64,000 nucleotides of DNA from the human T2T-CHM13v2.0 reference genome, Homo sapiens. The notes beneath the pieces were generated by a model. It did not search any database. It was given only the letters and a program-made list of their open reading frames with translations, and had not been told where the DNA came from. Positions 61,221 to 64,000 of the stretch are shown piece after piece (positions within the stretch are counted from its first letter, which is position 1; every line of letters begins with the position of its first letter). A program made the translations under genes and the position numbers. Location of the stretch: the NCBI RefSeq assembly GCF_009914755.1, contig NC_060947.1. One strand, 5' to 3'.

Positions 61221-63203
61221 TTAATTAACCCCAAAATATTCAGTAGATCTTTTCCTTTATTTAAATTCCTTCTTCTGAAAGAGAACAGAAAATTCAGTTT
61301 AATTTACTATTAATTTGTGTTAAGTTTTGTTAAAACAAAAATTATTCTCTTAGCTATCCAGAATCTACTTCTCTAAAATTATTATATTTTACTGTATGAA
61401 AATTACTTAGTACTAATAATTGTTTGTGTTTAACAGTCCCCTTTAAAAATTGAGCTGGACCATTTAAACATTTAAAAATTATTAGCAGTATATTCATCTG
61501 TTCTATGAAAAATGCTCATTACCTAGAGAAAGTAGAATCTAGAAATGAAAACACTTCCAGATTTTCCAGATTTGAGAATCGCCATAAACACAGACATTTT
61601 AATGTGTGTGTTTTATGGAGGGATGGAGAATTCAGAGAAGTGGTAAAAAGAAAATGGAGTGACTGAAAAAAAAATAAACAACATCCATTTCCAATCTGTG
61701 TGCCTAAAGGGTTTTTTTTTTTGGCTTGTATATGTAGTCTTAATTTACTAGTCTTCATTTAATGATAAGCAAGGTACCCACAATCTTATAAAACAATAAG
61801 AAAATCAGGACCACATTTATTGTTACAGAGGAATTTAACAGAAAATGTTTTATTCTTGCGAATAGGTGAAGTAAACCTCATAAACATTTTGGGGAAAGAT
61901 CAACACAATGAAACCCCATTTTCAATGAGGTGAAATGTAATTTCAAGAGCTTTCTTTTATGAGAAGCTTTAACTTACACTAAATGTCTGCAGTTAATAAA
62001 CCTGAATTATTTAATGCGAGATTATCATAGAAACATTGACAGAAGATTGAAATGTCACAAAAAGCACCACCATTATCTAATGAGGTCTTCACACCTAGAG
62101 GCAAAAGAAGTAACAATTAAAGTTACACATTCTCAAAATGATCTGTCACTCCCACAGGTTCAATTTTCCAATGTAGTATAAAATGCCTGTGATAAACATA
62201 TCTGTCACATGTCAATTAAAGAAAAAGAAGGATAAAACTCCTCCAATAATGTCCTGGAAAAAAAGTGCCATGTTTTTATATTTTAGCATTACTAAAGTTC
62301 ATGTTTCACTTCAAAACTGCCAGGAAAATAATGAAAAGTGCTGTGTGAAAAATGTAGTCTTTAAATTAAGTTTCTCACTGATGTGTTAATGAACTTGAAA
62401 AATTCAAAGTACAATATAAAAGGCACAAGGCAAGTTACACATAGGGCAAGACATTTTTAATAACATACTTCAATAAAAAGTAGATATTACTTTTTAAATA
62501 TTTGCATTACTGAAATTTTTACAAAGATATGTTCAATCAGCAGCAAATCTGCCTTTTCTGTCTTCCATATCCTTGGGATTTAGAAAAATTTATCCAGAGT
62601 CTAAATGGAGCTTTTAAAAAAGTCAATATAAACAGATTTTTCTTGAATGAATAGAAATCTCATGCTGGTTTTCCTTGCTTTGGGTAATGAATATGCAACT
62701 AAAAGTGTAGTAGCTTATCTTTTTTATTTTGCACTTTAAAAAAACGAAGAAAAAGTATGTAATAAGTTTTTTTGTGTGTGTAAAGCATAAAACATCGGGC
62801 TACTTTTTTTCTAATCAGTTCAGATTTTCATATCAAACAATATCCCTGTTAACCAGTAGGACATGTTTCATGGATAGAATTTTGCCAGAAACTTTATTGT
62901 TAAAATTGAAATAATATAGGGAGTACAGAGATTCATAGCATACTTTCTGTACTGGATGCAAACATAGGCATTACATTTTCAAAAATTAATTATTCAATTA
63001 AGAACATATTTCTACCTAACAAACTGCTTCAATACAATTTTTTTCTAACTAAGAGTCTCCTTTTGCTCTATTCTTAATTAAGAAAGCAAAATTCTCTTCT
63101 CCTGATAATGCTTTTTATGTGGCAGCTATTTGCTAGCTGTTACTGGACATTTAAATCCTTTTCTTCTTATCTTAAGCTTCTTTACTTCTTTACTGCTTTA
63201 CAG

Positions 63204-63221
63204 GTTGTTGATACCATAATG
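63204..63221 (+). other. Candidate 18-nt microexon (VVDTIM)
   Basis: Long polypyrimidine tract + tgctttacag|GTTGTTGATACCATAATG|gtaaag; only frame 0 is open. Confidence 0.35.
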
Positions 63222-63599
63222 GTAAAGTTTCTACAAGGTGCTAACTCAGCAGGAAAACTTCAAAAACTATTTTAAAATATGTTAAACACTGGTAAAGTGG
63301 GGAGGGAAGGTTCATCTAAAATGAAGCAGATTAAAGCAGTCAGAACTTGCAACAGTGGAAATTAATTAGTTTCAGATTTAAGGAAAACTTCTATAAGAAA
63401 GTGTAAAAGAGCTTGAAATAGAAACTGAGTGAAAGTGACCTACATTTCCATACATAAATCAAGTTGCATTCAGATATTGCTTCTGAGAAATTCACATAAT
63501 TACCAACTATTAATCTGGAATTAGGCTTTGGTCACATACATAAAATATGATTATGAGTCGCAATAGTCCCACCACAAGATAGACCACATCTGCAGTATG

Positions 63600-63850
63600 A
63601 CATGCAATTCTCGGCACCATATTTTAAAAACAGGTATTTCCAGAGGCAGGCAACAAACACTGTGAGGTAGCTGGGCACCCCACAATGTTTAAGCTGAGGA
63701 AAAGAAACTTAGGATACACTTGATATCCGTTTTCCAGTAACTCAACTACCATATAGGAAAAGGAATGTACTGACTCTGTGAAGCTCTAGAGGATGAATCC
63801 AAAATAAATGTCAGCTCAGTGTGAGAAACATCCTTTAAACATCAAAAGTA
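63600..63850 (+). mobile_element. L3/CR1 3' fragment
   Basis: 'ggcaccatattttaa', 'tccagaggcaggcaac', 'atgtttaagctgaggaaaagaaacttagg'. Confidence 0.6.
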
Positions 63851-64000
63851 TAAACCAACGAACAGACTGCTCTCTGAAATAACCAGTAATTCAACAGTGG
63901 CCGTGACTAGCAGAGACTGAAAGCCAATGCATCAGAGATGCAATGATTCAGTAAGAGTAATATCACTTGATTGCTGTTTTGAAAAAGGAAAGTTTATAGG

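Overview
AT-rich primate (human-like) nuclear DNA, either intergenic or deep intronic. No intact cellular protein-coding gene, RNA gene or CRISPR array is recognisable. About half the window is transposable-element sequence: large nested LINE-1 clusters (~8.8-16.3 kb, 24.5-34 kb, 44.3-51.7 kb), about 12 Alus, a Tigger1, two MADE1 MITEs, MER3, MER5A, two MaLR LTRs, an ERVL pol fragment, and MIR/L2/L3 relics. All long ORFs in the track are broken L1 ORF2 pieces or Alu/microsatellite artefacts. The most notable observations are: (1) a possible very old Ty3/Gypsy-type retrotransposon fossil on the minus strand at ~17.4-21.1 kb, with degenerate zinc-knuckle, protease, RT and integrase motifs in the expected order; (2) a candidate 18-nt frame-preserving microexon at 63204-63221; (3) several repair/rearrangement scars (a templated patchwork insertion, an inversion across two L1s, insertion-associated deletions); (4) an AluY inserted in the centre of a MADE1 hairpin. 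I see no solid evidence for a new biological system. Subfamily calls were made by eye from remembered consensus sequences and boundaries are approximate.
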